Origin: Ginglymostoma cirratum
Lineage: Eukaryota
Assembly: GCA_024137785.1 (NCBI GenBank)
Contig: JAHRHZ010000017.1
Coordinates: 44,361,983-44,425,982, forward strand
DNA length: 64,000 bases
Direction of reading: 5' to 3'
Each line of letters opens with the position of its first letter. The first letter of the stretch is position 1. The translations under genes were made by a program, and so were the position numbers. The notes under the pieces were generated by a model. It had not been told where the DNA came from. It worked only from the letters and a program-made list of their open reading frames with translations, and did no database searches. Below are positions 24,201-35,194 of this stretch, one piece after another.

Positions 24201-26869
24201 AAGAGTTATAAAGGCTATGAATCACTTCATAGAATGTGCTTTTATTCACTGTTGGGTGGATACTAGAAGAAGAGGAAGGCCTTTTGGTTAAAGTTTCACT
24301 TATTTTTAATAAATCTGGTGCATTGAGAATGGTGGTTAAAAACCTTTGATAGAACACCTGCCAGTAAAACCTTTCTTAAAAATGTTTATAAAATGTTAAT
24401 CTACTGATGCTGCACCATTTCATTGCTCTATCACAGTGAACTCCAATTCAATCCAAACCGTATCTCATATTTAAGCAGGCTGTAAACAGATTCCGAGGAA
24501 GAATTATTGGAATGTTAAGTTTGATTTTTCTTGACGGATATTGCTAGACCTGCTGAGCTTTTCCAGCAACTTCTGTTTTTGTTCCTGTAAACAGAGATAC
24601 CTGGTATCCCAGTCATTGGGAATACCATATGCCATATCCTGAAATTCACACCACGTTATTGAAGATCAAATGGAGGAGGCATTTTGTATACTTTGTCCAC
24701 CTAAATTCAAATATTTAGACAACTGCCAACTCACCATCTGCAACCCGCTCCCCCACCCCCCCGCCTCCCAACCCTCCAAAGCCAGTCTATCACCTACAAG
24801 GAACAAGTCAAGAGTGTGGTGGAATACTCCCCGCTTGCCTGAATGAGTGCAACTTCAATAACATCCAGGACAAAACAGCCTGTTCAATTGGCACCCCATC
24901 CACCGCCTTAAACATCACTCATTCCACCAGTAATGCTTGAACATTTACGAAGGCTCGGACTTGAATAGAATAAGTAAATAATGACTTTGCCAAAGTTATA
25001 ACATCATAAATTTTCTGAACTAATTTTATTGAACTCTTTCAAAATCACAAGGACATTAAAAGCATACGAAGGACCTATGAATGAAAAGTGGAACTCATAA
25101 ACTAATTTAGTTCAATTCATTTATGTTCTCGTTTCATAAGTAGCCCTCAGCATCCTTCAAGTTCAGGTTGTGTTTTACTTTTTACACTTCAGACAACTAC
25201 CCTCTTTATCCACTTTTCTCTGCCTTACTTAATACACAGAAAAACTGGCACTCCTTTACAGCTTGCTCCTTGAACTCAACTGCAGACTAAAGAGTTGCAC
25301 GTCCCCTGAAGGATACTCACAATAGCCTAGTCTCTGTTCACACCTGGAGTGCTGGTCAGAAACCCAGGGTAAAGATCCTAATTTTTAACGTATTGGCTAC
25401 ATCCATCTGTAGCAGCAAGGAATAGAGGAAAGGCGCAGCTTTCTTACTTACCTTTGTCATGTGTTTGGAAACTGTGGCAATCAGTGATTGACTACTCCTT
25501 CCATGGTCAACTTTGAGAGATATCAAACAGGATGTCACTCCTCTTACCTTTTTGACTGTTCCGAGATTCCTCACAAATTACATATGTTTGATAAACATCA
25601 CACTGTTCCAAGGTCCTTGTAACGCTCACCATGATGAAATCAGAAGATTTGAGATTCCCTTGATGAATTTCTTCCAGACAGTGTCTTGCTAATACGGGGT
25701 ACTATCCCATTGACATGATTCCTACCCACTTTTCAATGGCTGCTTGACCGTTTTATTGTTTTTATCCTGTCAATAGGAATTCAGCATACTAATTTCCCAA
25801 CAAGTGTTGGAGAAATGACTTTTACTATTTTAGTTCCAATCCTTTAGCCCTAATGTTCCAAAGATCAAACTAGCAAATGAAATTAAGCACAATTACATTT
25901 AATCTCGCGGTGCCTTACATATAATTTACAACATCACGAGCATAACTGTAGTCATAAAGCCCAGCCAGAAATGACTCTGTTGCATTGTATCTTACGGCAT
26001 TTCAGTTTGTATTACACAATGCTGATAAACAGGGGCAGTAGTGGGTACCACATTGCAAAATGCATTGCACCTTTTTGCCAAGACTCCTTAGATAACACCT
26101 TCCAAATCCATGATCCCTACTACTTTAAAAGGACAAGGGCACCAGGCACGTAGAAGCACTACATCTGCAAGTCCTCGACAAGCCACACACCATTCTGACT
26201 TGGAAATATATCACCGTGTCTTCATTGTTGCTGGATATAAATCCTGGATCCCGCTTCCTAATAGTGCTGTGATTGTATCTGCACTAGATAGAATGCAGCA
26301 GTTCATGAAGATGGCTCACAATCACCATGATGCCTACATCCGTGAAAGAATTTTTTGAGAAAAAGTGGCATGATTAATATTTGATAACACAGTGTGGAGT
26401 TGGAGGATTATAGCAAGCCAAGTAGCATCTGAGGAGCAGGAAAGTTGACGTTTCGGGTCAGGACCCTTCTACGGAGATACTGAAGAAGGGTCCCGACCCA
26501 AAATGTCAACTTTCCTGCTCCTCTGCTGCCTGTCCTGCAGTGTTCCTCCAGCTCCACACTGACTCCAGCATCTGCAATTCTTGCTATCTCTGAATGATTA
26601 ATGTTTGAATTTGTTTGGTCATAAGTGTAACACAACCTCTTGTTTTTCAGTTTCTGACCAGGCCATTCCAAACAAATTTAAGGTTTCCCTATCACATCGA
26701 CACCTCACGGATTGCACTTATGAGATATGCATCAGAATCTCAGGAAAATCTAGAGAAGTTAGGACACCATGTTTACAGAAATATCAGTGTGACAAGTTTC
26801 ATTAATGACAGTTTCACAGCTCCTAATGTTCCCAATTCTAGTGGAGCAAACATATGGGGACTGCAAGAG
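3142..26869 (+). CDS. TMEM145: TMEM145-like (GPR180/TMEM145 family) 7-TM protein gene, partial; spliced span of nine exons (5' exons outside window, last exon uncertain)
   Basis: Exons 3142-3226, 4493-4564, 4660-4728, 9940-10020, 10718-10796, 15182-15275, 21393-21565, 22609-22729, 26651-26869. All have AG/GT boundaries and compatible phases (0-1-1-1-1-2-0-2-0-0) with no stops. The translation follows human TMEM145 as recalled: [61 protein letters not shown], MTRP...FPYHV. May be a paralog rather than the ortholog. Confidence 0.88.
3245..4422 (-). mobile_element. Penelope-like element (Neptune-type), 5'-truncated: RT thumb, Cys linker, GIY-YIG endonuclease and pLTR
   Basis: Frameshifted minus-strand ORFs give RIPLVLTYHP, CNCRKCYTC, FTCTSVDVVYCIHC...IGETKWRLGDCFVEHLRSV and EQHLIFRLGSLHPNGLNVDF; hammerhead core at 3337-3364. 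Confidence 0.9.
3337..3364 (-). ncRNA. Minimal hammerhead ribozyme-like core in PLE pLTR
   Basis: Reverse complement reads CTGAAGA-a-gggtc-cc-gaccc-GAAA-cGTC. Confidence 0.6.
4493..4564 (+). CDS. TMEM145: TMEM145-like exon: (G)ILEVHILSVLLFLITLGVCICFA, TM1
   Basis: tttcttttctag acceptor, c|gtaagt donor, 72 nt, phase 1-1, hydrophobic helix after GILE. Confidence 0.9.
4660..4728 (+). CDS. TMEM145: TMEM145-like exon: (R)HLKKRHLLHSSFQMLMASVGSE
   Basis: tgtgtag acceptor, g|gtgaga donor, 69 nt; resembles [22 protein letters not shown]. Confidence 0.9.
5555..5877 (+). mobile_element. tRNA-derived V-SINE (HE1-like)
   Basis: A/B-box head (ggcacagtgattagc...ggttcaattcc), V-domain tgtgtggagtttgcacgttctcccc and CR1-like tail; further copies at ~10345-10600, 44125-44428, 53897-54186, 57822-58400 and 61707-62018 (minus). 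Confidence 0.85.
6475..6992 (-). mobile_element. CR1-type LINE 3' fragment
   Basis: ORF 6553-7038: LEGVHRR...YEERLNRLGLYSLEFRRMRGELIE...FFTQRVVNLWNS. Confidence 0.9.
9940..10020 (+). CDS. TMEM145: TMEM145-like exon: (V)LGHFFLSIHLGIYALNGVGCESVKII
   Basis: ttcttttcag acceptor, g|gtaagc donor, 81 nt; resembles [27 protein letters not shown]. Confidence 0.9.
10718..10796 (+). CDS. TMEM145: TMEM145-like exon: (G)RLLLVISYLLLVPMLLLISHGFTIT(R)
   Basis: poly-T ag acceptor, aag|gtggag donor (weaker), 79 nt; GFTITR matches GFTVTR. Confidence 0.87.
12823..14320 (-). mobile_element. Penelope-like element (same family), 5'-truncated, with RT YIDD motif and GIY-YIG domain
   Basis: ORF 13106-14371 has LFLRYIDDCI, FLDLSV, KPTDSHSYL and IPYSQFLRLRRICS; ORF 13191-13712 has YIGETKWRLGDRFAEHLRSV; frameshifted. 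Confidence 0.93.
15182..15275 (+). CDS. TMEM145: TMEM145-like exon: SRIHRSSAVSVCLLVITFALMYSWFFINEKH
   Basis: ttttcttttgagaccag acceptor, cat|gtaagt donor, 94 nt, phase 2-0; resembles GRISHAGSVKLSVYMTLY...YEAE. Confidence 0.85.
15880..17035 (+). mobile_element. Old CR1/L2-group LINE RT fragment, interrupted by later insertions and resuming ~18422-18660
   Basis: Decayed RT motifs (PTHKKQDKSN, IKAAF, QVRSVI...AGCVQL, ELDKIQDKA); same family at 24785-24930, 26065-26340, 48780-49710 and 51880-53035. Confidence 0.7.
16264..16477. mobile_element. PLE-terminus hairpin mini-element, family A
   Basis: Inverted arms (cagagttaa...gacccttcctcagaac / ttctgaggaa...ttaactctg); TSD atct(at/gc)tcactgat at 16250-16263 and 16478-16491. 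Confidence 0.8.
21393..21565 (+). CDS. TMEM145: TMEM145-like exon: LIDPGKVQTVLESSVGYAVTALQLLAAFWFLCSTYKIVQHHPEKRPFYHLFFPAFAL(W)
   Basis: ctgcag acceptor, tg|gtgagt donor, 173 nt; DPG..ES..GY, PEK.PFY and LW motifs of the family. Confidence 0.92.
21791..21963. mobile_element. PLE-terminus hairpin mini-element, family C
   Basis: ~60 bp near-perfect inverted repeat gtcagaagtcacatgacaccagg...; perfect TSD tgtatgtaattgt at 21778-21790 and 21964-21976. Confidence 0.85.
22609..22729 (+). CDS. TMEM145: TMEM145-like exon: (W)FFAVPISSLFGEFIIVNWKRERIMNTVSLFLKFYVYVVML
   Basis: ttttgccttgacag acceptor, ttg|gtaggt donor, 121 nt; WFFAVP and W.RE.I.N motifs. Confidence 0.92.
26385..26593. mobile_element. 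PLE-terminus hairpin mini-element, family B
   Basis: Inverted arms matching the terminus of the 3245-4422 element; TSD atgattaat(a/g)tttga at 26370-26384 and 26594-26608. Confidence 0.85.
26651..26869 (+). CDS. TMEM145: TMEM145-like exon: FLTRPFQTNLRFPYHIDTSRI...HVYRNISVTSFINDS...GLQE, cytoplasmic tail
   Basis: tgtttttcag acceptor, gag|gtaagg donor, 219 nt; resembles [21 protein letters not shown]...HVYGNVTFISDS. Confidence 0.88.
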
Positions 26870-27232
26870 GTAAGGTAATAGCTATCTATTAAGTCTTATA
26901 ATATATTTAATGGAAGTTGGTCTTAGCACCTGTGATAGAATCTGACTCTGGTGGGAAATTTGATTTTTGTTTGGCTGCAACTCATTTATAGAATATGGTA
27001 AATAGTTGCCAATCTTCCAAGATTGGCCTGGAGTCTCTTGGCCTGCAGTTGGTTGAGATAAAATCAGAGTAATGTGAAGAAAGATGCATTTTCGTGTTAT
27101 TTTCCTTGAATAGGTTTCTTTACCAGACAAAGAAATATTGGAAGTTGGAAAGAAGCTTTGTCTGACCATTGAGCATCATCCAATTGGATATTGAGTCTTT
27201 TTGCTTTCTAATTAGTTTAGAAGAATGGACAT

Positions 27233-27348
27233 AAACAAAGTTGCTGGAAAAGCTCAGCAGGTCTGGTAGCATCTGTGAAGGAGAAAACAGAGTTAATGTT
27301 TCGGGTCCGGTGACCCTTCCTCAGCACTGAAAGGAAGGAAGGAAGAAA
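27233..27348 (-). mobile_element. Single-arm family A PLE terminus with hammerhead core
   Basis: Reverse complement CTGAGGA-a-gggtc-accg-gaccc-GAAA-catt at ~27295-27324; TSD ttagaag(a/g)atggacat at 27217-27232 and 27349-27364. Confidence 0.75.
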
Positions 27349-28479
27349 TTAGAAGGATGGACATGTTGGCCAACATTAATGACTGGACCCTGGGTGCACG
27401 TCATGTGATGAAACCTCTAGGAATACATTTCCTCACAACTGGCAACCTCAAAAGGTAGTGTTGAGCCAGTGAGGGATCATCTATAAAAAGCAAGACCATC
27501 AACAAGGACTAAAGTGATGCAAAGGCAGTGAGGATGCAGAAAGATAGGGCAGCGGGAATACAAGTGGCGCAGAGATAGCGGGGTGCAGTGGGAAAGAATG
27601 AAACCGTAAGCATATATAAAAACAGTGCAGAGCTTGTGAGAACATAGGAGGGGATCAAGAGGAAAGAGCAGGCTTACATTCTAAAGGAAAAAGGCAGTGA
27701 GGATAAAAGCAATGCAGAGATGGTGGGCACAAAATGTGGAAGAATGGGAAACAGCGAGACCAGCAGCGGATGTAAAAGCCATGCAGAGTCCGCGAAGAAA
27801 CAGCAGGGGAGCAATGGGCACTGCGCTGCCTTGAGGCACCAGATTGAGGTGTGAAAAAACGGGGTATCAAATAGGCAGTTCTGAAGAAAGATCACTGGAC
27901 TTGAAACGTTAATTCTTGTTTTCTTTCCACTGATACTGCCAGACCTACTGAGTTTCTGCAACAATTTCTGTTTTTGTAGCAAATAGGAGACTGACTGAGC
28001 GAAAAGCAGGGAGCTGAGAGGTTGACCCAACCACTTGATTTAACAGGAGAAGAAAGGGCAGCACAGAGAGAGGCAGAGTCAGTGTGGGAGAGGAGGCCCA
28101 GAGTCTGGTTGTGATGTTAAAACTAAAAGTATACAGGAGACGCAAGTACACTTGACATAAGTGGAAGATCTGAGAGCCAACTGTGAACAAGTAGCTTGCC
28201 GTCATGGCACAATGAACCTTGGCTGGTATTGGAGGTGCAGGTCCATATGGAACATCCTGCCTACTTTGTCACTGACCTACAAGCAAGCAGGACCATAGGT
28301 TCCTAGAATGGGGGAGCCTTGGGAAACAACGTGTGTTAGTCCGCATTGTGCAGCTATGTCAGGTCTTACATCATCTCGGTTATCCTACCATTGGACAAAG
28401 ATCATGCCGGGACCATGTGGTTATTGGTGTACAATGCGCACCTCAAGATCCCATGCACATGCATCTTCAATCTCTTCAA

Positions 28480-29020
28480 AATGAAGTTTGTGATTTGGAA
28501 TATCGGGACCCTCATGGACAATCCCAGAAGCGACAGACCTAACCATTACACTTCTATCGTGCCCTGGGAGCTCTAGTGCTACGATATGAACATTGTTAAC
28601 CTTAGTGAGACATCATGGACAGATGAAGGACAGCTCAAAGAACAAAGGGGAGGTCACAGCATCTTTTGGAAGAGTAAATCTGGGAACAACACCAAATCCA
28701 TGGGGTTGGTTTTGCCAGTGAGTCCATTTGTGGAATAAGCAAATGCCTCATGATTTTTAGGCTCATCAGTGCATACAGCCCGATCTGAGAAGCATTAGTT
28801 TGGGTGAAAGAGGAATTCTACTCCATCCTCAATCAGATGGTGAAGCCTGTCATCAGGGATACAGGTGGATTCTTCTTGGTGATCTCAATGCCAGAGTTGG
28901 GGTGGATATAAACCTATGGAGAGATGTGATCGGCAAGGAAGGTGCTAGGAATGTAGACAGTAAGGAATCTTCCTCCTGAGAAATGTGTACAGAATTGCCT
29001 GGTTACGCAAACACCCTATT
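28480..29020 (+). mobile_element. RTE-type LINE endonuclease fragment (decayed)
   Basis: WNIGTLMDNPRSDRP...LSETSWTDEGQLKEQRGGHSIFWK and LLGDLNARVG motifs of the AP endonuclease; other RTE-like pieces at ~5050-5200, 17790-18210 and 62560-63000. Confidence 0.75.
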
Positions 29021-30268
29021 TTGCTTCTTTGTATTGTCTTCTCATGTTAGCTGAATTGCTGACAGTTATAGGCAGATGACAAACGTCTTGTTCTGATTCC
29101 AGTCAACTTGGAATTGAGTCTCTGAGAATTGGTCTCAGTCCACTACTTCAGCTTTTACTAGGTAGAGAGAATACTGATATTTGGACGTTCTGTCAGGGTT
29201 GCAGAAACTTCTGCCAAGAACGGGATATCATAGAGAGCTTGCAGTTTCTAAGATACAAATTCTTTACTTGTTGACTTCTGGGTCTGTAGAACATAGCTCT
29301 AAGTCCGGAGGGATTTGGCTCAGTATCCCATTAGCATGTGGGCTTATAGCCCTTCAAAGCTGGGTTTCCCCAGTAATTAAAGTAATAAATCTTACCTCAT
29401 ATCGTTTTAAAAGCTTTGCTTGACTGCTTCACCAAAGTCACTATTTTTCAGCAAAAACAAGTTGGGGCTTCATTTTCAAGAAAAATCACACCTTAAAACT
29501 CTTTCCAATACAGAGAACATCCAAGTAATGCAAAATCTTTCAGATTTTTTCTTAAATATAAATATGTATTTCTAATAGTTTTCAACTTTCACTTGCTGAA
29601 AGAAAATGAAAAAACTGACCTGTAACTCTAAAATTGCCATGTTCTGGATGTGAGTGGTAACACCTTCAGACTTTTTTTAAACTTAATCTTAAAGAAAACA
29701 GGAAAATGGTGATGCAATGTACAAAACTTTATTTGATTGTACTTTGATTAATGGACGGAGCAGGATTTTTTTGTACAAATGCACCTTTTCAAAATAAGTA
29801 ACCAAAATGAAGGGCCACGACCTAAAGTTCAACCACCAGGGTTGAAGAGTGTAATGGAAATGATGGGGTAATAAAAACGTGGAGATTAAGGCTACCAATC
29901 TGCAGATTGTATCAGTAAGGAATGACCAACAGATGTAATAAATATTCCAGTTTTTATATCCTGAGAAAGATGTTTGAATCATAAATGGTGTGGAATGTTT
30001 TAACTTCAACATGGTAAAGGAGAAAAGTTGAAGCAAAGTGGTGAGTTTCAGGGGAATTGTGTTTTGTATTGTTGCTGAAGACCAGGATAATGTGACTGTA
30101 ATCTTATCCCGTATACTCCTTTCAAATGGAGATACAATTCCTAGGAAAACAATACTTTGTTGATTTTTGTTTTTCCTTAGAACCTTCTGCACAGCAGTTA
30201 GTTACTTAAGAATGGTGAATGACATACATTTGTAGAGTGATTGACCTTATCTTTCCTCACTTGTATAG

Positions 30269-30376
30269 GATACAGATTTCACTAGAGGTCTCTTAGAAAG
30301 AACCAAAAGTCCGATTGATTCCAGATTTGGATTCATTAAGAAGCTAGAGGTACAGGAATATAAATGCTACAACTAA
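30269..30376 (+). CDS. Candidate terminal exon of the TMEM145-like gene (DTDFTRGLLERTKSPIDSRFGFIKKLEVQEYKCYN*)
   Basis: Good acceptor ctttcctcacttgtatag, open in the required phase 0 up to TAA, followed by AT-rich sequence with several AATAAA (~30690-30995). No recognisable homology; an alternative candidate is 29702-29797. Confidence 0.35.
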   Translation, partial: DTDFTRGLLERTKSPIDSRFGFIKKLEVQEYKCYN

Positions 30377-31436
30377 AACATCAAGTTAAAATGAGAATTA
30401 TTACTCTAAGGATGTTTCTACCCTAACAGCTTGGAAGTCTGCTCCCTTACCGGTCCATATTTGGGGACCTCAGTCTTGGTTGTGATGTTAAGTTTCTCAA
30501 ATTAAGATGTATTTTTGAGGAAAGTCCTTGTAGATTGTCAGTCACTTGTGTATTTTTCATTCTTGTCCTTAGTTGGAGGTCAGAAAAATCAACAGGGTGA
30601 AGTTGGCTTTCTTCATATACATTTTAGACATTTTGAAAATTTTATATAGACACTTTTTTTTTTTACTTGTGGTTTATCCAAATTATAATAAATAACATTG
30701 TGGATGCAAATTGATTCTGTTAATCATATAAAAATTTCATGCATATTGGTTGTAAGCTATTGCTGTTTTAATTCGTGTTCTTAATTTCATGTACAAATGA
30801 CCTTTAATTCAGAACAGACTGTTTTCGCATAGTATACTTTGGAGAGAAGCCATCTTTATTTTCATATGTGGCATAATGATTCCTTGTTCACATGTCAATT
30901 TCTATATGTAACTGTACATTGTAAACTATGTGATCTATCCATTCATCATGGAAATAAATGGACTAGCTATAGATAATGAAAGTTTTAAAAATAAATCCTA
31001 GGTATGTGCAGCAGAAGTACACATGGCATGTAATATTTGTGTATTTAATGGTTCAATTTTAAACCCCACTGCTGCTGAAGAATCTTCTGCATAAAATTAG
31101 CGTGAGAGTTCCTTGTGATTTTAGTGTGCTATAATTTTTTTTATCATTCATTCATGGGAAGAGGGTGTTGCTGGCTAGGCCAGAGGGCTCTTAAGGGTCA
31201 ACCATATTGCTGTGGGTGTGGAGTCACTTGTAGACCAGACCAGGTAAGGATGGCAGCTTCCTTCCCTTAAGAAGGCTAGTGAACCAGATGGGATTTTCCT
31301 GACATCAACAATGGATTCATAGTCATCTTTAGACTACAAATTCCAGATTTCTTTTATTGAATTCAAATTCCACCATCTGCTGTCAAGGAATTCGAACCCA
31401 GATCCCCAGAACATTATTTGGGTCTTTGGATTAACA

Positions 31437-31649
31437 AAAACTGAAAGAACTGCAGATGCTGTAAATCAGAAGCAAAAACAGAAATTGCTGGAAAAGCTCA
31501 GCAGGTCTGGCAGCATCTGTGGAGAGAAATCAGAGTTAATGTTTCGGCTCTGGTTCTGAGAAAGGGTCATCAGACCCACAACATTAAATCTGATCCCTGT
31601 CCACAGATGCTGCCAGACCTGCTGAGCTTTTCCAGCAATTTCTGCTTTT
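31437..31649. mobile_element. PLE-terminus hairpin mini-element, family A, inserted into a SINE
   Basis: Inverted arms; TSD gtcttt(g/a)gattaaca at 31422-31436 and 31650-31664. Confidence 0.85.
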
Positions 31650-33495
31650 GTCTTTAGATTAACAGTCCAGCAGTAATACCATTAGGCCATTGCCTCACAT
31701 TTATATGTAAGATGAGGTTTGAGAAGCAGATACTGTTTCCTTATAGTTAAGTAGATTTACTAGAAGCTGTCAGAATTATGAAGGGTTTGATAAAGGAAAT
31801 GAAAACAAACTGTTTCCATAGTTATGAAAAGTAGTAACAATTGAATTAAAATGATTACTTCAACTGGAGACGTAAAGCAGCAGAAGTTTGTTGTATAAAG
31901 TGGAAATATGTACTATCTGGTAATTTTAAATTGATTCAATTTCATTTTCATTTTTTAATCAAGACAGACCGATGGATTTAGTGAAGATCTCCAAAGTTTG
32001 TCATCTGCAAGAAAGTCAGTTTTAAATGGATGCAACTTGTTGCTAAAAGTGAACATATAACATCCAGTACTGCAGCTTTACTGTTGAAATTCTAGCTGTG
32101 TGGACTTGCAACTTCATTTAGAACACTTATTATGTATGTTCTGGGTTGTCTACTTTAAGCATCATTTGAAGCATGTTTAATTACAGGAAATAAATTTCCC
32201 AGTTATCTTGGTGATATATTTATGTTTGTGTTGATAATTGAAATACTTGATTATAAATTATGCAGGAAAACAATATTAGAAAGGGAGTATTAATTCACAA
32301 AGCATGAGGAAAGAATGCTAATTGATTGGATCCTTTTTTTTAATAGGAAAAGTAATTTGTCTATGCATTGCACATTTTTCATTGAAGAGAATTATGGAGA
32401 CTGACAACCCCTGCTGCATTCCTCATGGCAATCTGACTAAATCTACTGGTCTGAGTTTAGTTAGCTAACAAAGATTGACAGTTAACATTTCCTGCTGCAT
32501 GTCCACACCTACTATGATGCAACCAATCAACACTTTTTATATAAATATGGAAATATAAACAAAAGCTTTTATAAAAGTAGTATAAATTGATGTTCCCTTT
32601 TTGTTTCTTGTGTACCAGTCCTGATCAGTGCAAGGCAAAAAGCTTTGGCTTTGTGTCTCTTTTTAAAAGTCCTTGAATTCTGTAAGCAATTATTAGTAGA
32701 TGTTTTTGTTCATGTGTTGTGGTGCCACAGACCAGCATTTATTCTCCATCCATAATAGCTCTCACAATCGAGATGATGTGGGGTTATGGGTGTTGGACAG
32801 TGGTGAACAAAGTCAGAAATCTCATGATGCCAAGTTATAGTCCAACAGATTCATTTAAAATCACAAGCTTTCAGAACGCTGCTCCTGCGTCAAGTGAAAT
32901 CGATAGGGAATTATGCCGGATGAAGTATGAATAAAAAATTAAGAACAGCCAAGAAGATTAAGGTCCAAATATGGTCTGGCCATTTCAGCTTCCCAGCAAT
33001 CTTTTTAAAATGATGTGAAATGTATTTAAAAACAGCATCAGTGAATTTAGGCACCACACCAGATTTACAGTAAAATCAAATCCTTCATAGGTATCAGAAT
33101 TATTGTCTGAGTTACTATCTTCCTCCTTTACAATAAGCTTCACTCTATCCAGATCATGTTTTTTGATCTCCTTCTCTCTTTGAAAATTCAAGTTTTTTTA
33201 AGTTCCAATTCCCTTTTGTGATCAAGTGACCACAGGCCCAAAATTGGACATTTTAAATTGACCCATAGCCGGAGAAATCGGGCCTGACAGACCACAGAGA
33301 ACAGTGGAAACCAAGACCATAGAGGTCACAAAGGTCTAGGCGGAAACCAGTTTACAACCAGCCCAAGGGTTGTGTTTTGAAGAAGTATTGATATGACTTT
33401 CTGGCACCTTGACTTCCAGCATTTTCTGTGTTTGTGATGGAAGTTTGATGGAAATTATCCATGTAAAAAACTTCACAATCTATCCCAGCTTCCTG

Positions 33496-34224
33496 TTGTG
33501 GTTGGTTTATTCACTGATCTGGTTTGTTAGTTTGCATATGTTACTTTAGCCTGCTGGGTAACATCATCAGTGTAGCCTCCGATGAAACGTTGTTGTGTTT
33601 TCCCACTTAATATTTAAACTCCAGGGTCCACTGGAGTTGATTACCTCATTTCCGGTTTTTCTTTGCAGTGGTGTGTACATAGGGTCTAATTCAGTGTGTT
33701 TATTGATGGCCTTCTTGGTGGAGAACCAGGCCTCTAGAAATTCCTGTGCTTATCTCTGTTTGGCTTGTCCTAGAATCCTGACATTGTCCCATCGAACTGG
33801 TGGTTCTCCTTGTCTGTATGTATGGAGACGAGTGAGTATTGGTCGTGTTTTTTTTGTTGCTTGTTGTTCATGTATTCTCATAGCCAGTTTCCTTCCTGTC
33901 TATCCAATGTAATGTTTGTCACAGGCCTTGCATGAAATCTTGTATATTACGTTGGTTCTGTCCATAATGGTAATCAATAAACACGTAGAATTAGACTCTA
34001 GAAGCGCATCACTGCAAAGAAAAACCGGAAATGAGGTAATCAACTCCAATTTAAACTCCAAAGTTTAAATAACAAGGGGGAAGACGCAGCTTTGTGGGAG
34101 GCTGCACTGATGATGTTACCCAGCAGGGTAATGAAATGTCTGCAAATTAATGAACTAGCTTGGTGAGCCAACCAACCACAGAATCCACAACCTGAGCTAC
34201 AATCTACTCAAGACCTTTAAATAT
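33496..34224 (-). mobile_element. Penelope/Poseidon-type PLE fragment: GIY-YIG remnant between inverted pLTRs
   Basis: Minus-strand translation NVIYKISCKACDKHYIG*TGRKL; 33974-34180 is an inverted copy of ~33500-33705; TSD ccagcttcctg at 33485-33495 and 34225-34235. Confidence 0.85.
34103..34144 (+). ncRNA. Minimal type I hammerhead ribozyme-like motif in PLE pLTR
   Basis: tgca-CTGATGA-tgttaccc-agca-gggtaat-GAAA-tGTC-tgca: catalytic boxes, 7-bp stem II, short stem I (tgca/tgca). Confidence 0.65.
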
Positions 34225-35194
34225 CCAGCTTCCTGCGTACTTGATTTGTCTATTATCTATGAATTCTCTTCTCTTTTTGGGAAGATATGTTGTTTATTCA
34301 GCATTGCAGTACTCCTGTACCTATTTGGATGGCAAACAAGCTGCCACTTGAATGAAAGACCTTGCACTATCTGCAATACTGGCTGCTTTAAGCTGCTAGT
34401 GCGCTTTTAATTTTACACCCAGAAGTACTATCACACACAACTGAGCAACTTTCCCACCATGCTAGGTTACTGTTATTCGTGGGCCTGTTGATAGGAAATT
34501 GATAGGAAATATCCAATGACAATTTGCGCAAATAAAGGCAAATTCCTGAAGAATAAATATAACTCAAAATTAGTTAAGTTTCAACAGGCACTGGTACATC
34601 AAAAATGTCAAACAGCATACAAAAAGCTAAAATTTATCAGGAAGCAATAACATTACTAGTTTTGAGGTAAGGGGACCCTATTTGTTAATTGTGTTGATGG
34701 GAGTGTTTACTGAACTCAGATGTAATTCAATCATCATTATGTTGAGCAGAGTATCTTGGACTTTGAATGAATTGGAACCCACTTTCGGAAATCAGAATCA
34801 GTTTTTATCTCCGCTTGTACGCCTAAAAATGGCATTGGGACAAACGTCCAGGGCATTCTGCAGCATGGAGCAGGAGAAAGAAGATCCCTGAGATAAAATA
34901 AAATTAATACTTAAAATATGAAAGTGACACACACTGGAAATCTGAAGTAAAAACAGAAATTGCAAGAGATGCTCAACAAAGCAGCATCTGCAGATTGAGG
35001 GAAACGTGAATTAACATTTTAGGAAAAGTTGCAGATCTGAAGTACATTGAAATTCTTGTTTCTGTCTGCTGGGCAAGCTGAATATTTCCAGCTTTGCCTG
35101 TTTTTATACAGGACGAACCAGAGTTAACTTTTCAAGTCCGGTACGGCTTCCTCAGAACTGAATTCAGATCAAAGGTAATATTTCCAATTTTAAG

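Noticed and set aside
29689-30192. 167-aa minus-strand ORF
   Set aside because: No recognisable motif, no ATG start, AT-rich and antisense to the likely 3' end of the TMEM145-like gene.
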